Part shown: positions 34,527 through 44,096 of the stretch, piece by piece
Layout: every line of letters starts with the position of its first letter
How positions within the stretch are numbered: the first letter of the stretch is position 1
Assembly (NCBI GenBank): GCA_028697455.1
Contig: JAQVEZ010000002.1
Span: 89,921-153,920, forward strand
Source of the DNA: Minisyncoccota bacterium
GTDB taxonomy: Bacteria; Patescibacteriota; Minisyncoccia; Phycocordibacterales; UBA1006
Length of the DNA stretch: 64,000 nucleotides
Direction: 5' to 3'
Made by a program: the position numbers and the translations under genes
Notes under the pieces: generated by a model
What the model was told of the DNA's origin: nothing
Seen by the model: only the letters and a program-made list of their open reading frames with translations
Database searches by the model: none

Positions 34527-35270
34527 TTAATGATGAGAAAAAATACTTATTATAATAAACATGAAAACAAGACCAAGAGTAAAAGGGATAATTTTTTTTC
34601 TTAGTTGTTTTTCTTTGTAAAGTTTGAGAGCAGGAAAGAGATCAGTAAAGATAATTCCTAGGAAAAAACTTCCACTCACCCCAAGGAGGAGTCCGCTCAG
34701 AGATCCAGTATCAGCAATCATAATACCAAAGAGAACCCCAACAAGAATAGCAAGGGCAGATATGAAATTCCGCGCAACAGCCTTGAGGTTAGAATATCCT
34801 GATTTTTTTAATACAAAGAACTCTGATACTTCTTGAGGAATTTCATGAAAAATAATTGAAAGAGCAACTCCTATTCCCAATGCAGAGTTAACACTAAAGG
34901 AAGCAACAAGAAAAAGTCCGTCTGCAAGATTGTGGAGAGTATCTCCGATAATGACTTTCCAAGCAAGGTGTTTGTGCCGGTGATCCTTTCCAAGAAGTCG
35001 GTGAGGTTTGAAAAGAAGATGAATAAGTAAAAAAAGAAAAACTCCAGCAAGAACACTGAGAAGGAAGAAAGATGTTTTAAGTGATTCAAAACTTTCGTTG
35101 AGGACGAGAGTGCTCGTAACAAAGAAGATTCCAGCACTGAAGGTCGTTATGGTTATGAGGTTTTTTTCAATATATTCTTGTGCTCTTTTGTTGAGCATGA
35201 GAATAAAAATTCCACTCAAGGAAAGAAGGGCAATAGCAAGCCCATAAATCATAATGGTGAGTTGGGTCAT
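34527..35270 (-). CDS. ZIP-family divalent metal (zinc) transporter
   Basis: Motifs HNLADGLFL and IFHEIPQEVSEF, with 8 TM segments. Confidence 0.85.
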   Translation of the reverse strand: MTQLTIMIYGLAIALLSLSGIFILMLNKRAQEYIEKNLITITTFSAGIFFVTSTLVLNESFESLKTSFFLLSVLAGVFLFLLIHLLFKPHRLLGKDHRHKHLAWKVIIGDTLHNLADGLFLVASFSVNSALGIGVALSIIFHEIPQEVSEFFVLKKSGYSNLKAVARNFISALAILVGVLFGIMIADTGSLSGLLLGVSGSFFLGIIFTDLFPALKLYKEKQLRKKIIPFTLGLVFMFIIISIFSHH

Positions 35271-35674
35271 AGATAGTATCAGTATATTTTTAAATAGAAT
35301 ATTTGCAAAACAAAAACCTCGAGAGAGGTTCTTGTTCGTAAGAGTGTTATTAGGTTTATCTGAGATTATTCAAGGTCTTCGTCGTCGTCTTCCCAAGGCT
35401 CATCGTCTTGATAATCCTCATCATCCTCATCATCATCAAAGTAATTGTCTTCAATTGGATATCCTTCGTCGTCGTAACGAGCGTAACTATCAAGAGTAGA
35501 AAAGGATAATCGCATATTATTAAATAATAATTCGAAGAGTGACATATGTGTTCTGTTTAAAGATATATATCTTGTACTTATTTTTTTAAATAATTAACCT
35601 AAACTTAGGTTAATCGGATTATGAACTTTTTTCAATTTTTGGCAATACTTTTTTGATAGTTTATACTGTGGATT

Positions 35675-36904
35675 ATGAAACGAAAGCACATTGTTATTGC
35701 GGGGGTTGGATTTGCTGGTTTGAATGCCTACAAGTCGCTTCCTCGTTGGATCTCAAGATCTGCTGATATCACCCTTATTGATCAAAAAAATCACTTTCTC
35801 TTCACACCGCTTCTTCATGAGGTTGCAAGTGCAAGCCTCGACGATATGAGTGTTGTGGAACCGTTTCGGGATATTATTCGACCTTCTCACACCTTCATCC
35901 AAGGGTTTGTAGACAGAATTGACCCTGAAAAAAATACTCTCTATCTAGATGAAAAAGAAATTCCCTATGATATTCTTGTGAGCTCATTTGGATCGACAAC
36001 GAATACGTTTGGAATTAAGGGGGTTGATGAATATTCTTTCACGCTAAAAACACTTGAAGATGCTGTTGTTTTAAGGAATCATTGTATTGATATTTTTGAA
36101 AAGGCTTCTCAGATTGAGAACAACGAAGAACGAAAAAAACTCCTTTCTTTTGTTATTGTTGGTGGTGGACCTACAGGAGTAGAACTTGCGGGAGAATTTT
36201 CAGAACTTTTTTTTAAGACGCTTGTGAGAAAACACAAAAATATTCATCCACGAGATATTTCTCTCACCTTGGTAAATGCTGGACCTTCTTTGCTTTCTAC
36301 TTTTCCGAAGCGACTTCAAGATTACGCAGAGAATACGTTGCGTCTAAAAAATGTTATTGTACACAATAATTTTTTTGTTACTGAGGTTCAAAAAGAAGCA
36401 CTTCTTGTTCAGGATGGGAATTTTTTGGATGCGCATACTATTGTTTGGACGGCTGGGGTTCGGGCTCAAGAGCTCAATCTTTCAGGAGTCGAGGCGCAGT
36501 ACCAACAGGGGAAAATTGTTGTTGATCCGAACCTCTTGGTTTCGGGATCTCACAATATTTTTGCTGCGGGTGATATGTCTTTTTTGGAGAACGAAGAAGG
36601 GGGACTCCCTATGACAGCACAGGTAGCAAAACAGCAAGGAATTCATATTGCAAAAAATATTGGGAATCTTATTAAGGGGAAAGAGCTACGTTCTTTTTCT
36701 TATAAGGAGTCAGGAGTTCTTGCTTCACTTGGATTTCTTGATGCTGTTGCATCAATAGGAAAGGTTAAATTTATGGGATTCCCCGCTTGGATTTTGTGGA
36801 GAGCGATTTATCTCTTTAACTTTTCTTCTTGGAAAAAAAGATTCAGGGTTCTCATTGATTGGATTTTCAACGCTTTTACGGGGAGAGAAACAACAAGGCT
36901 TTAA
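35675..36904 (+). CDS. ndh: Type II NADH dehydrogenase / FAD-dependent pyridine nucleotide-disulfide oxidoreductase
   Basis: Two Rossmann motifs, IVIAGVGFAGL and VIVGGGPTGVELAGE. Confidence 0.85.
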   Translation: MKRKHIVIAGVGFAGLNAYKSLPRWISRSADITLIDQKNHFLFTPLLHEVASASLDDMSVVEPFRDIIRPSHTFIQGFVDRIDPEKNTLYLDEKEIPYDILVSSFGSTTNTFGIKGVDEYSFTLKTLEDAVVLRNHCIDIFEKASQIENNEERKKLLSFVIVGGGPTGVELAGEFSELFFKTLVRKHKNIHPRDISLTLVNAGPSLLSTFPKRLQDYAENTLRLKNVIVHNNFFVTEVQKEALLVQDGNFLDAHTIVWTAGVRAQELNLSGVEAQYQQGKIVVDPNLLVSGSHNIFAAGDMSFLENEEGGLPMTAQVAKQQGIHIAKNIGNLIKGKELRSFSYKESGVLASLGFLDAVASIGKVKFMGFPAWILWRAIYLFNFSSWKKRFRVLIDWIFNAFTGRETTRL

Positions 36905-36938
36905 GAGCTTTTGTTTTCATTTATTTCTAGACTATACT

Positions 36939-38120
36939 GATACTATGACACATCGAGATAAAGATAAGATTGAATACCTCCTTACTCGCGGAGTAGAGAA
37001 AATATTTCCCTCAGAGGATTTTGTACGGTCACGACTTCTTTCGGGAGAAAAACTCACCTTGTATATGGGAATTGACCCAACAGGACCTGCACTTCATCTT
37101 GGGCATCTTATTCCTCTTATTAAGCTTTCTCAGTTTCAAGACCTTGGACACAAGGTGATTCTCCTTATTGGAGATTTTACGGCTCAAATTGGGGACCCTG
37201 ACAAAACACAAGTACGGAAACAATTGACTCATAAAGAAGTTTTGGAGAATGCAAAAAACTATAAAAAACAAGCTTCAAAAATTCTCGCTTTTAGCGGTCG
37301 GAACAAGGCGGAGCTTCGGTATAATAGCAAATGGCTCAAAAAGATTGCTTTTCCAGAACTCATCAACCTTGCTTCTCAGATGACGGTACAACGAATGTTG
37401 GATCGAGATATGTTCAGGCGAAGGATGAAAGAGGGAAGTCCTATTTATATACATGAATTTATGTACCCATTGATGCAGGGGTACGATTCAGTTGTTTTGG
37501 CAGTGGATGGCGAGGTTGGAGGAAATGATCAGACCTTCAACATGCTTGTTGGAAGGGACCTTCAAAAAAAGGGAGATGAAAAGAAAGAAAAGTTTATTAT
37601 CCCAATGAAACTCCTTGTCGACTCACAAGGGAATAAAATGGGAAAGACAACAGGAAATATGCTCTCTCTTTCTGATAGCGCAGAAGAACAATTTAAAAAG
37701 ATTATGCGCTGGGAAGACGAAAATATCCTCCTTGCCTTTGAGCTCCTTACTGACGAAGATCTTTCAGTTCTCAAAAAACGAATAGAGCAGAATGAAAATC
37801 CTCGAGATCTTAAGTTGCTACTAGCAGAAAAAATTCTTACCCGATTACACGGAGAAGCACCAGCCTTGAAAGCCAAAGAAATATGGATTCAAGAAGTGAG
37901 CCTTCACAAACAACCAGACAAGTTTCCAGAAATAAAAAACGATGTTGATTTTCTTACAACACTCCAAAAAGGTACGGGAGAAAGTAAGAGTCAATTACGG
38001 CGACTTATCAAAGAAGGAGCTGTTCGAGTTAATGACGAGAGGGTTTCTCGGGAAGATGTTCTTCTCAAAAAAAATGATCTTGTGCAAATAGGTAAGAAAA
38101 AATGGCTTAAAATTATTTAA
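36939..38120 (+). CDS. tyrS: Tyrosyl-tRNA synthetase
   Basis: HIGH-class motif ALHLGHLIP, KMSKS-type KMGKTTGN, and a C-terminal S4 domain. The ORF track starts at 36855, but a start at the Met at 36939 avoids overlap with ndh. Confidence 0.92.
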   Translation, partial: DTMTHRDKDKIEYLLTRGVEKIFPSEDFVRSRLLSGEKLTLYMGIDPTGPALHLGHLIPLIKLSQFQDLGHKVILLIGDFTAQIGDPDKTQVRKQLTHKEVLENAKNYKKQASKILAFSGRNKAELRYNSKWLKKIAFPELINLASQMTVQRMLDRDMFRRRMKEGSPIYIHEFMYPLMQGYDSVVLAVDGEVGGNDQTFNMLVGRDLQKKGDEKKEKFIIPMKLLVDSQGNKMGKTTGNMLSLSDSAEEQFKKIMRWEDENILLAFELLTDEDLSVLKKRIEQNENPRDLKLLLAEKILTRLHGEAPALKAKEIWIQEVSLHKQPDKFPEIKNDVDFLTTLQKGTGESKSQLRRLIKEGAVRVNDERVSREDVLLKKNDLVQIGKKKWLKII

Positions 38121-38167
38121 GCTTTTTATCTTGCAATACTTTTCAGTTCTTTTATAATACGGAGCAT

Positions 38168-38842
38168 ATGACAAGTACATCAAAACGACGAAACAAAAGA
38201 GCTTGGATTATTAGTATTATTGCCATCGTAGCACTTTTGATTATTGCTTTTATTATTTCTCGAACAGAGAAAACTGTCGACCCAGCATCTTTTGCTGATG
38301 TTGTAACCTTTGATTTAGGAGCTCATGAAAAAGGAAATCTTGATTCTCAAATACGACTTATTGAATATTCTGATTTTCAATGTCCTGCATGTAAATCAGC
38401 TGAACCTGCTGTTGAAGATCTTGTAAATACTTTCGGTGATCAGTTTGTGTTTGAATATCGACACTATCCACTGAGATCAATTCACCCTAATGCACAAAAA
38501 GCAGCAGAAGCTTCAGAAGCAGCCGCAAAGCAGGGAAAGTTTTGGGAGATGCATGACATTCTTTTTGCTCGACAAAACGAATGGTCACAATCATTTAACC
38601 CAGAAAAAATGTTTAGCTCTTACGCAAAAGAAATTGGGTTGAACGTTGACCGCTTTAAATATGATTTGAAATCAGATGAGGTTAAGAAGGTGGTTAATGA
38701 TTCTTATAATGAAGCAGTAAGTCTTAACCTTCCAGGGACACCTTCATTTGTGTACGACGGAAAAGAGATTGATTTTAATGACTTTATTAACCAGCACCTT
38801 GATCTTTCTCAATTTATTCAGCCAGAGATTATCGAAGAATAA
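38168..38842 (+). CDS. DsbA-like thiol:disulfide oxidoreductase (membrane-anchored thioredoxin fold)
   Basis: N-terminal TM and the active site FQCPACK. Confidence 0.85.
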   Translation: MTSTSKRRNKRAWIISIIAIVALLIIAFIISRTEKTVDPASFADVVTFDLGAHEKGNLDSQIRLIEYSDFQCPACKSAEPAVEDLVNTFGDQFVFEYRHYPLRSIHPNAQKAAEASEAAAKQGKFWEMHDILFARQNEWSQSFNPEKMFSSYAKEIGLNVDRFKYDLKSDEVKKVVNDSYNEAVSLNLPGTPSFVYDGKEIDFNDFINQHLDLSQFIQPEIIEE

Positions 38843-38872
38843 AACCCTTTTGGGTTTTTTCTTTTACCTGCC

Positions 38873-39562
38873 TTGTGCATGGTATACTGGTACTATATGT
38901 TGCGATTAGCAAGTCTCAAGAAAATTACTATTCCACGCCCTAATACACTTCTTTTTGAAGAAAAATGTTATATTCCCGGAGAAATATTTAAGAAAGATTG
39001 GAGTAAAATATATGAACAACTGAGAACATTCTCTCTTAAATCTCCGATACGAGAAAACTTTCTTGATTACATACCCAAAGAGACTGGCTTTTTTGGCTTC
39101 CAAACTCACCCTCAGACAAAAAAGGAAAATTACTTTCATCTTGGGATTTCATTAGCACTTCCTTCAAATACTAAAATTTTCCCTGTTCTTTCTGGAATTC
39201 TTGAGTATTCGGGATACGGAGCAGTAAATGGACACTATGTTCTTCTTTCTCATCCAGAAATCCAAACAGAAGATGGATACGTCCTTCATAGTATGTACTG
39301 CCACCTCAAAAAGCCTTTGGTAAAATTCAGCTCCTATCAAAAAATGCTGAGAGAGATAAGTCTTGGAAGCTACCCCCTTGTTGAGATAGCTGAGGATACG
39401 GAGCTTGGGATTGCTTCATTTTCTGGAGTGGCATCAAAAGATACCCCAACGCTATATTTGCAACTCAGCTTTAGGAAATTTGGGGAAGACCCCATTATTC
39501 TTGATCCAGCACGTGTCTTTTATAGAAGGGATGAAACAAAGAAGAGCAAGGCTCGGGATTAA
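38873..39562 (+). CDS. LytM/M23 peptidase-domain protein, possibly catalytically degenerate
   Basis: The M23 core pattern HLGISLALP…GYGAVNGHYVLLSHP…GYVLHSMYCHL is present. The HxxxD Asp is replaced (HLGIS) and the HxH motif reads LSHP. Confidence 0.5.
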   Translation: MCMVYWYYMLRLASLKKITIPRPNTLLFEEKCYIPGEIFKKDWSKIYEQLRTFSLKSPIRENFLDYIPKETGFFGFQTHPQTKKENYFHLGISLALPSNTKIFPVLSGILEYSGYGAVNGHYVLLSHPEIQTEDGYVLHSMYCHLKKPLVKFSSYQKMLREISLGSYPLVEIAEDTELGIASFSGVASKDTPTLYLQLSFRKFGEDPIILDPARVFYRRDETKKSKARD

Positions 39563-39600
39563 ATTGATTGTCTTGGTTCTCAATGTTATGATAAATATAT

Positions 39601-40410
39601 ATGAACAATAACCATAAAGAAATAAAATACATTATCTACGTAGGAATCATTTGTTTGATGAGCCTCTCTTTGTTTTTTCTTCAAAAAACTTTTCAATCAG
39701 CAAAAGAAACGAATAGTGCTGAACACACAATAGAGGTTTCTGGATCAGGAGAATTTGTAGCCGTTCCTGATGTTGCAACCTTCTCATTTGTATTTGAGGA
39801 AACTGCGGAAAAAGGAGAGGATGCACAACAAGCTCTTTCTTTGCGTATAAAAACCTTTCTTGAAAAATCAAAGGAACTTGGCATTGACGAAAAAAATATA
39901 AAAACAGAGTCGTACACCATCACTCCTAAATACGAATGGCTCACTCGACCCCAAACTCCTATTATTGCTATCGACGGGACCCCATATCTTCCTGATCCAA
40001 CAGAAAGAAAGCAAGTACAAGTTGGTTTTATTGTTCGGCAAGGAATCAAAATAAAACTCTATGATTTTGAAAAAATACCCTCATTACTAACCCTTCTTAC
40101 TAGTGAGAAAGTCAATAATCTTTATGGCCCTTCATTTGAAGTTGATGATATGGAAGCGGCTCAGGCTGAAGCGCGGAAGGAAGCAATTATCAACGCAAAA
40201 AAGAAGGCTCAAGTGTTGGCACGTATGCTGGGGGTAAAACTTGATACTATTGTTTCTTTTTACGAAAACAACAATAATTATCCTGTGTATCGAGAGGCGA
40301 TGCTTCAATCAAAAGCCCTTGATATGGATGGGGGAATGGTAGAACCCTCACTTCCTACGGGCGAAAATACTATTTCTTCTCAAGTTACTATTGGATACAG
40401 CATTCGCTAA
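39601..40410 (+). CDS. SIMPL/DUF541 (BP26-like) periplasmic protein
   Basis: N-terminal anchor followed by the characteristic IEVSGSGEFVAVPDVATFSFVFEE…DEKNIKTESYTITPKYEW. Confidence 0.6.
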   Translation: MNNNHKEIKYIIYVGIICLMSLSLFFLQKTFQSAKETNSAEHTIEVSGSGEFVAVPDVATFSFVFEETAEKGEDAQQALSLRIKTFLEKSKELGIDEKNIKTESYTITPKYEWLTRPQTPIIAIDGTPYLPDPTERKQVQVGFIVRQGIKIKLYDFEKIPSLLTLLTSEKVNNLYGPSFEVDDMEAAQAEARKEAIINAKKKAQVLARMLGVKLDTIVSFYENNNNYPVYREAMLQSKALDMDGGMVEPSLPTGENTISSQVTIGYSIR

Positions 40411-40561
40411 AAGACTCAACACCCCAAAAGGGTGTGTTTCTTTAATCCTGTCTTTATTGACTTTGCTTGTTGCGAGTGATAAACTAAAATTAATTAAAAG
40501 ACCCCTCGGAAAATCTGACGGGTTTTTTAAATAGATTATTGGATGTTAACCAAAATAATAT

Positions 40562-40735
40562 ATGAGCTATTTTAAGCATATTTGGGGTGAGTTAAAAAAA
40601 GTAATATGGCCAGACAAAAACACAACCGTTCTCTATACTATTGTTGTGGTATTGATTTCTCTTTTTGTTGCCTATTATTTGGGACTTTTTGATTATATTT
40701 TTACTAATTTTGGGCTACGCTCCCTTCTTCAATAA
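40562..40735 (+). CDS. secE: Preprotein translocase subunit SecE
   Basis: Hand translation gives MSYFKHIWGELKKVIWPDKNTTVLYTIVVVLISLFVAYYLGLFDYIFTNFGLRSLLQ (57 aa). It lies immediately upstream of nusG and falls below the ORF-track cutoff. Confidence 0.85.
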   Translation: MSYFKHIWGELKKVIWPDKNTTVLYTIVVVLISLFVAYYLGLFDYIFTNFGLRSLLQ

Positions 40736-40740
40736 GAGAT

Positions 40741-41295
40741 ATGCCAGAACAGCAAGAAAAAGTTAAAAAAGAACGTGGGTGGTATGCCATCCATACCTAC
40801 GCTGGGTACGAGAACGCTGTTGAACGAAATCTCAAACAGCGTATTGAATCTCTTAATATGCAGGATTTAATTTTTGACGTTCTCGTTCCTGTTGAGAAAA
40901 AAATCAAAATCAAAAACGGAAAACGAGTTGAGGTTGAGGAAAAAATTTACCCAGGATATGTGCTCGTCGATATGATTGTTACCGAAGATTCTTGGTTTGT
41001 CGTGCGAAATACCCCTCGCGTTACTGGGTTTATTGGGGCAGGAGGAACTGACCCTGTGCCAGTAAAACAATCAGAGGTTGATGCTATTTTTTCACAAATG
41101 AAAAAATCAACACTTGAACAAGAGCATGGCTATGAGTTAGGAGAAATTGTTCTTGTCATCGATGGACCTTTCTCAGATTTTCAAGGAAAGATAGATACTA
41201 TTGATAACGAAAAAGGGAAGGTGCGACTCCTTGTTTCTATGTTTGGGAGAGAAACTCCTGTTGAGCTTGATTTTCTTCAAATCAAGAAACTCTAA
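40741..41295 (+). CDS. nusG: Transcription termination/antitermination factor NusG
   Basis: NGN domain GWYAIHTYAGYENAV and KOW motif GEIVLVIDGPFSDFQGKI. Confidence 0.93.
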   Translation: MPEQQEKVKKERGWYAIHTYAGYENAVERNLKQRIESLNMQDLIFDVLVPVEKKIKIKNGKRVEVEEKIYPGYVLVDMIVTEDSWFVVRNTPRVTGFIGAGGTDPVPVKQSEVDAIFSQMKKSTLEQEHGYELGEIVLVIDGPFSDFQGKIDTIDNEKGKVRLLVSMFGRETPVELDFLQIKKL

Positions 41296-41387
41296 ACCCT
41301 CTTTCTGTACAAAAATTTTCTTTTTGTTATAGTAATTTTTGTTACGCACATGCTTCATTTTTAGTAAATTTATTTTAACGGTATTAT

Positions 41388-41810
41388 ATGGCAAAACTTA
41401 TCAAACAACTTAAACTTCAAATTGATGCCGGAAAAGCTGTTCCTGCTCCTCCTCTTGGACCAGCGTTAGGACAAGCTGGAGTAAATATTGGAGAATTCGT
41501 TAATCAATTTAACGCCCAAACCCAAGATCAAATGGGAAGTAAGGTTTCAGTTCTCATCAATGTATACGAAGACCGATCTTTTGATTTTGTTATCAAGACT
41601 CCTCCTGTTACAAGCCTCATTTTGAAAGCTGCTGGGGTAAAAGGCGGATCAGGAAAACCTAATGCTAAAAAAGTAGGGAAAATCACTGAAGCGCAATTAA
41701 CTGAAATTGCAGAAATAAAAATGCCAGATCTCAATGCACACGATATTGAAGCTGCAAAAAAGATTGTGGCAGGCTCATGTAGATCAATGGGAATTGACAT
41801 TGTCGCTTAA
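41388..41810 (+). CDS. rplK: 50S ribosomal protein L11
   Basis: [42 protein letters not shown]. Confidence 0.95.
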   Translation: MAKLIKQLKLQIDAGKAVPAPPLGPALGQAGVNIGEFVNQFNAQTQDQMGSKVSVLINVYEDRSFDFVIKTPPVTSLILKAAGVKGGSGKPNAKKVGKITEAQLTEIAEIKMPDLNAHDIEAAKKIVAGSCRSMGIDIVA

Positions 41811-41851
41811 ACTTAAAAACCCACGAGAATTACTTCTCGAGGGTTTTTTTG
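41811..41851 (+). terminator. Intrinsic terminator directly after rplK
   Basis: cccacgagaa-ttac-ttctcgaggg stem with one mismatch, followed by T7. The next gene is convergent, so rplA and rplJ do not follow. Confidence 0.6.
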
Positions 41852-42336
41852 TTGCGCTTCCACATTTCTGTTTGATATGGAAGCTTCTTTTCTTTTTGAA
41901 ATTTCCCCTTTCCGATGATTTCAAAATTATCCCGAAAAAAAGGAAAAAATTTTGAAGAAGAGAATTTTCCTTTTGGATAAATCCTCAAGACCAAAATCCT
42001 ATCGGAATAGGGGAGAAAGTTTTGTATTATTTCTTCACTCCCAAGTATCCAAAAGGTTTTTTCTGGGTTTTCGCGAATGATCTTGTGGACTTCTCCCAGC
42101 TGTTCCTTGCTAAGGATACAATGCTCTCTTTCCTTAACAAAAAAATCAAACTCTTTTTCATTTTCTCGAACCCAATCTTCGTCAGTGACGATTGTAGAGC
42201 CCCATGTAATGAAGTTAAGTTCCTCTATCGCTTCTCTGGGAAAAAAGTGAAAGCTTTCAGCGTTTGAAATGCCGTCATCCTCAGTTTGGCAGCTGAGAAT
42301 ACCAACACCTCCTTTAAAGAAATATTTTTTATTCAT
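41830..42336 (-). CDS. Dihydrofolate reductase-like protein
   Basis: C-terminal ILGSEEIIQNFLPYSDRILVLRIYPKGKF resembles DHFR ([21 protein letters not shown]). The N-terminus fits poorly. Confidence 0.35.
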   Translation of the reverse strand: MNKKYFFKGGVGILSCQTEDDGISNAESFHFFPREAIEELNFITWGSTIVTDEDWVRENEKEFDFFVKEREHCILSKEQLGEVHKIIRENPEKTFWILGSEEIIQNFLPYSDRILVLRIYPKGKFSSSKFFPFFRDNFEIIGKGKFQKEKKLPYQTEMWKRNKKTLEK

Positions 42337-42403
42337 ATTCTCATATTTTTTTATATTATTTCATTTTTAAAATATTTGTCAACACTCCCTTTTACAGAGA
42401 ATA

Positions 42404-43036
42404 GTGTGCTATTATAGAGATATGTATAGGAAACCAGTTGTATCATTTATTGTTTCTCTTTCAGTTTTTGCCCTTGCTCTTTCATTATTGCGTTTATTTC
42501 TATCGGAAGAGACCTCGTATCTGTGGCTCAATTGGAATTTATTTCTCGCACTTCTCCCCCTACTCTTTGCATGGCTTGCTATTCATTTTTCTCGCCAGTT
42601 TCTTTTAAATAAAGTCTTCCTTTTTCTCTGGCTGTTTTTTCTTCCCAATGCACCGTATCTTATTACGGATCTTATCCATCTCAATACTGTTGCTCCAAGA
42701 TCTTTGGTTTGGTATGACGGGGTAATGATTTTTTCATATGCCCTTGTCGGGGTTTTCGTTTGGCTTACAAGCACACTTCTTCTTGAACAACATTTTCACT
42801 GGAAAAAATGGGTGATTTGGCTTATTGCTCTTCTCACTGGTTGTGGAATATACCTTGGAAGAAATCTTCGTTTTAATAGTTGGGATATTTTTTATCGACC
42901 GCATCATATTTTTCAAGAAACACTTTCTTTTTTTGAGGGCCCTTTTATTGATTCCATCTTTTTTATGTCCCTTATTTTTGCCACCTTTTTACTTGTTTGC
43001 TATTTTGCTATGCAAAAGATTTTTAAGGATAAATAA
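42404..43036 (+). CDS. Polytopic membrane protein, hypothetical
   Basis: About 6 TM segments. No motif I recognise. Confidence 0.4.
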   Translation: MCYYRDMYRKPVVSFIVSLSVFALALSLLRLFLSEETSYLWLNWNLFLALLPLLFAWLAIHFSRQFLLNKVFLFLWLFFLPNAPYLITDLIHLNTVAPRSLVWYDGVMIFSYALVGVFVWLTSTLLLEQHFHWKKWVIWLIALLTGCGIYLGRNLRFNSWDIFYRPHHIFQETLSFFEGPFIDSIFFMSLIFATFLLVCYFAMQKIFKDK

Positions 43037-43059
43037 AACTTTTGTGATACTATAAACGT

Positions 43060-44088
43060 ATGAAAGATATTCGAATATCATTTGATAAATACAACCTTTT
43101 TGAGATTTTTCTCGGGGCTTTGTTGGTTTTTATCCTTTGGAAACTTGGAAACCTCCTTCTTATGTTTGGGGTTTCTCTCCTTATTTCTATTTTCATTGAA
43201 GATTTTATACGTTTTGGTAAAAAGTATCGTATTCCTAGAGCAGCTTCTATTATAAGCTTCTATCTTTTTGCCCTTATTATTCTTGCGATTATACTTATTT
43301 TTGTTCTTCCGATTTTCCTCAGGGAACTTTCGAGTATCGCAATGGTGTATCCAGAAATTCATAATTTCTTTAATATCAAAGGAATTTCCCTTGGAGAAAA
43401 CGTAAATGTTAATTTTTCTGAAATTCTTTCAGGGCTCCAGGATCAAGAAATACGAAGGCAGATGATCTCAGGGGTAACTCAGTTTTTTGGCGGAGTTGTT
43501 AACTTCTTGTTCATTTTTATTATTTCTTTATACCTCTCTCTTCAGGAGGGAACTGTTGTTAAGACACTCAAAATTATTACCCCTCTTCGTTATGAAGAGA
43601 GGGTTATTGCCATTTGGGAACGAGCTCAACGAAAAATTGGTTCATGGTTTAGAGGGCACCTTTTGCTTGCTTTACTTATTTTCGTTCTAACCTTTATCTT
43701 TTTGAACCTTTTGGGGGTCCCTTATGCATTTGCATTATCATTCCTCACAGCTATTGTTGAGTTTATCCCCTATGCTGTTTGGGTTATTGGTTTTTTGTCG
43801 GTGAGCGTTGGAGCTGTGTACCAAGGGCTTTGGATTGCTGTCTTTATTGCTATTTTCTACTTTACACTCCAGCAGCTCATTGATCTTGCGGTTCTCCCAT
43901 TTGTTATGAGAAAAATGACAGGAATTCCTTCGCTTATTGTGATTCTTTCTCTTTTGATTGGAGCAAAACTTTTTGGCTTTTATGGGCTTCTCTTGGCGGT
44001 TCCTCTTGCGCTCTTTGTTATGGAACTCGTTTATGAGTCCGAAAAAAACAAAAAAGCAAAGAGAAATCTTTTTTCTCATGATAAATAA
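43060..44088 (+). CDS. AI-2E family (PerM/UPF0118) transporter
   Basis: 8-TM permease with the typical C-terminal LLAVPLALFV. Confidence 0.75.
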   Translation: MKDIRISFDKYNLFEIFLGALLVFILWKLGNLLLMFGVSLLISIFIEDFIRFGKKYRIPRAASIISFYLFALIILAIILIFVLPIFLRELSSIAMVYPEIHNFFNIKGISLGENVNVNFSEILSGLQDQEIRRQMISGVTQFFGGVVNFLFIFIISLYLSLQEGTVVKTLKIITPLRYEERVIAIWERAQRKIGSWFRGHLLLALLIFVLTFIFLNLLGVPYAFALSFLTAIVEFIPYAVWVIGFLSVSVGAVYQGLWIAVFIAIFYFTLQQLIDLAVLPFVMRKMTGIPSLIVILSLLIGAKLFGFYGLLLAVPLALFVMELVYESEKNKKAKRNLFSHDK

Positions 44089-44096
44089 ATTTATTT

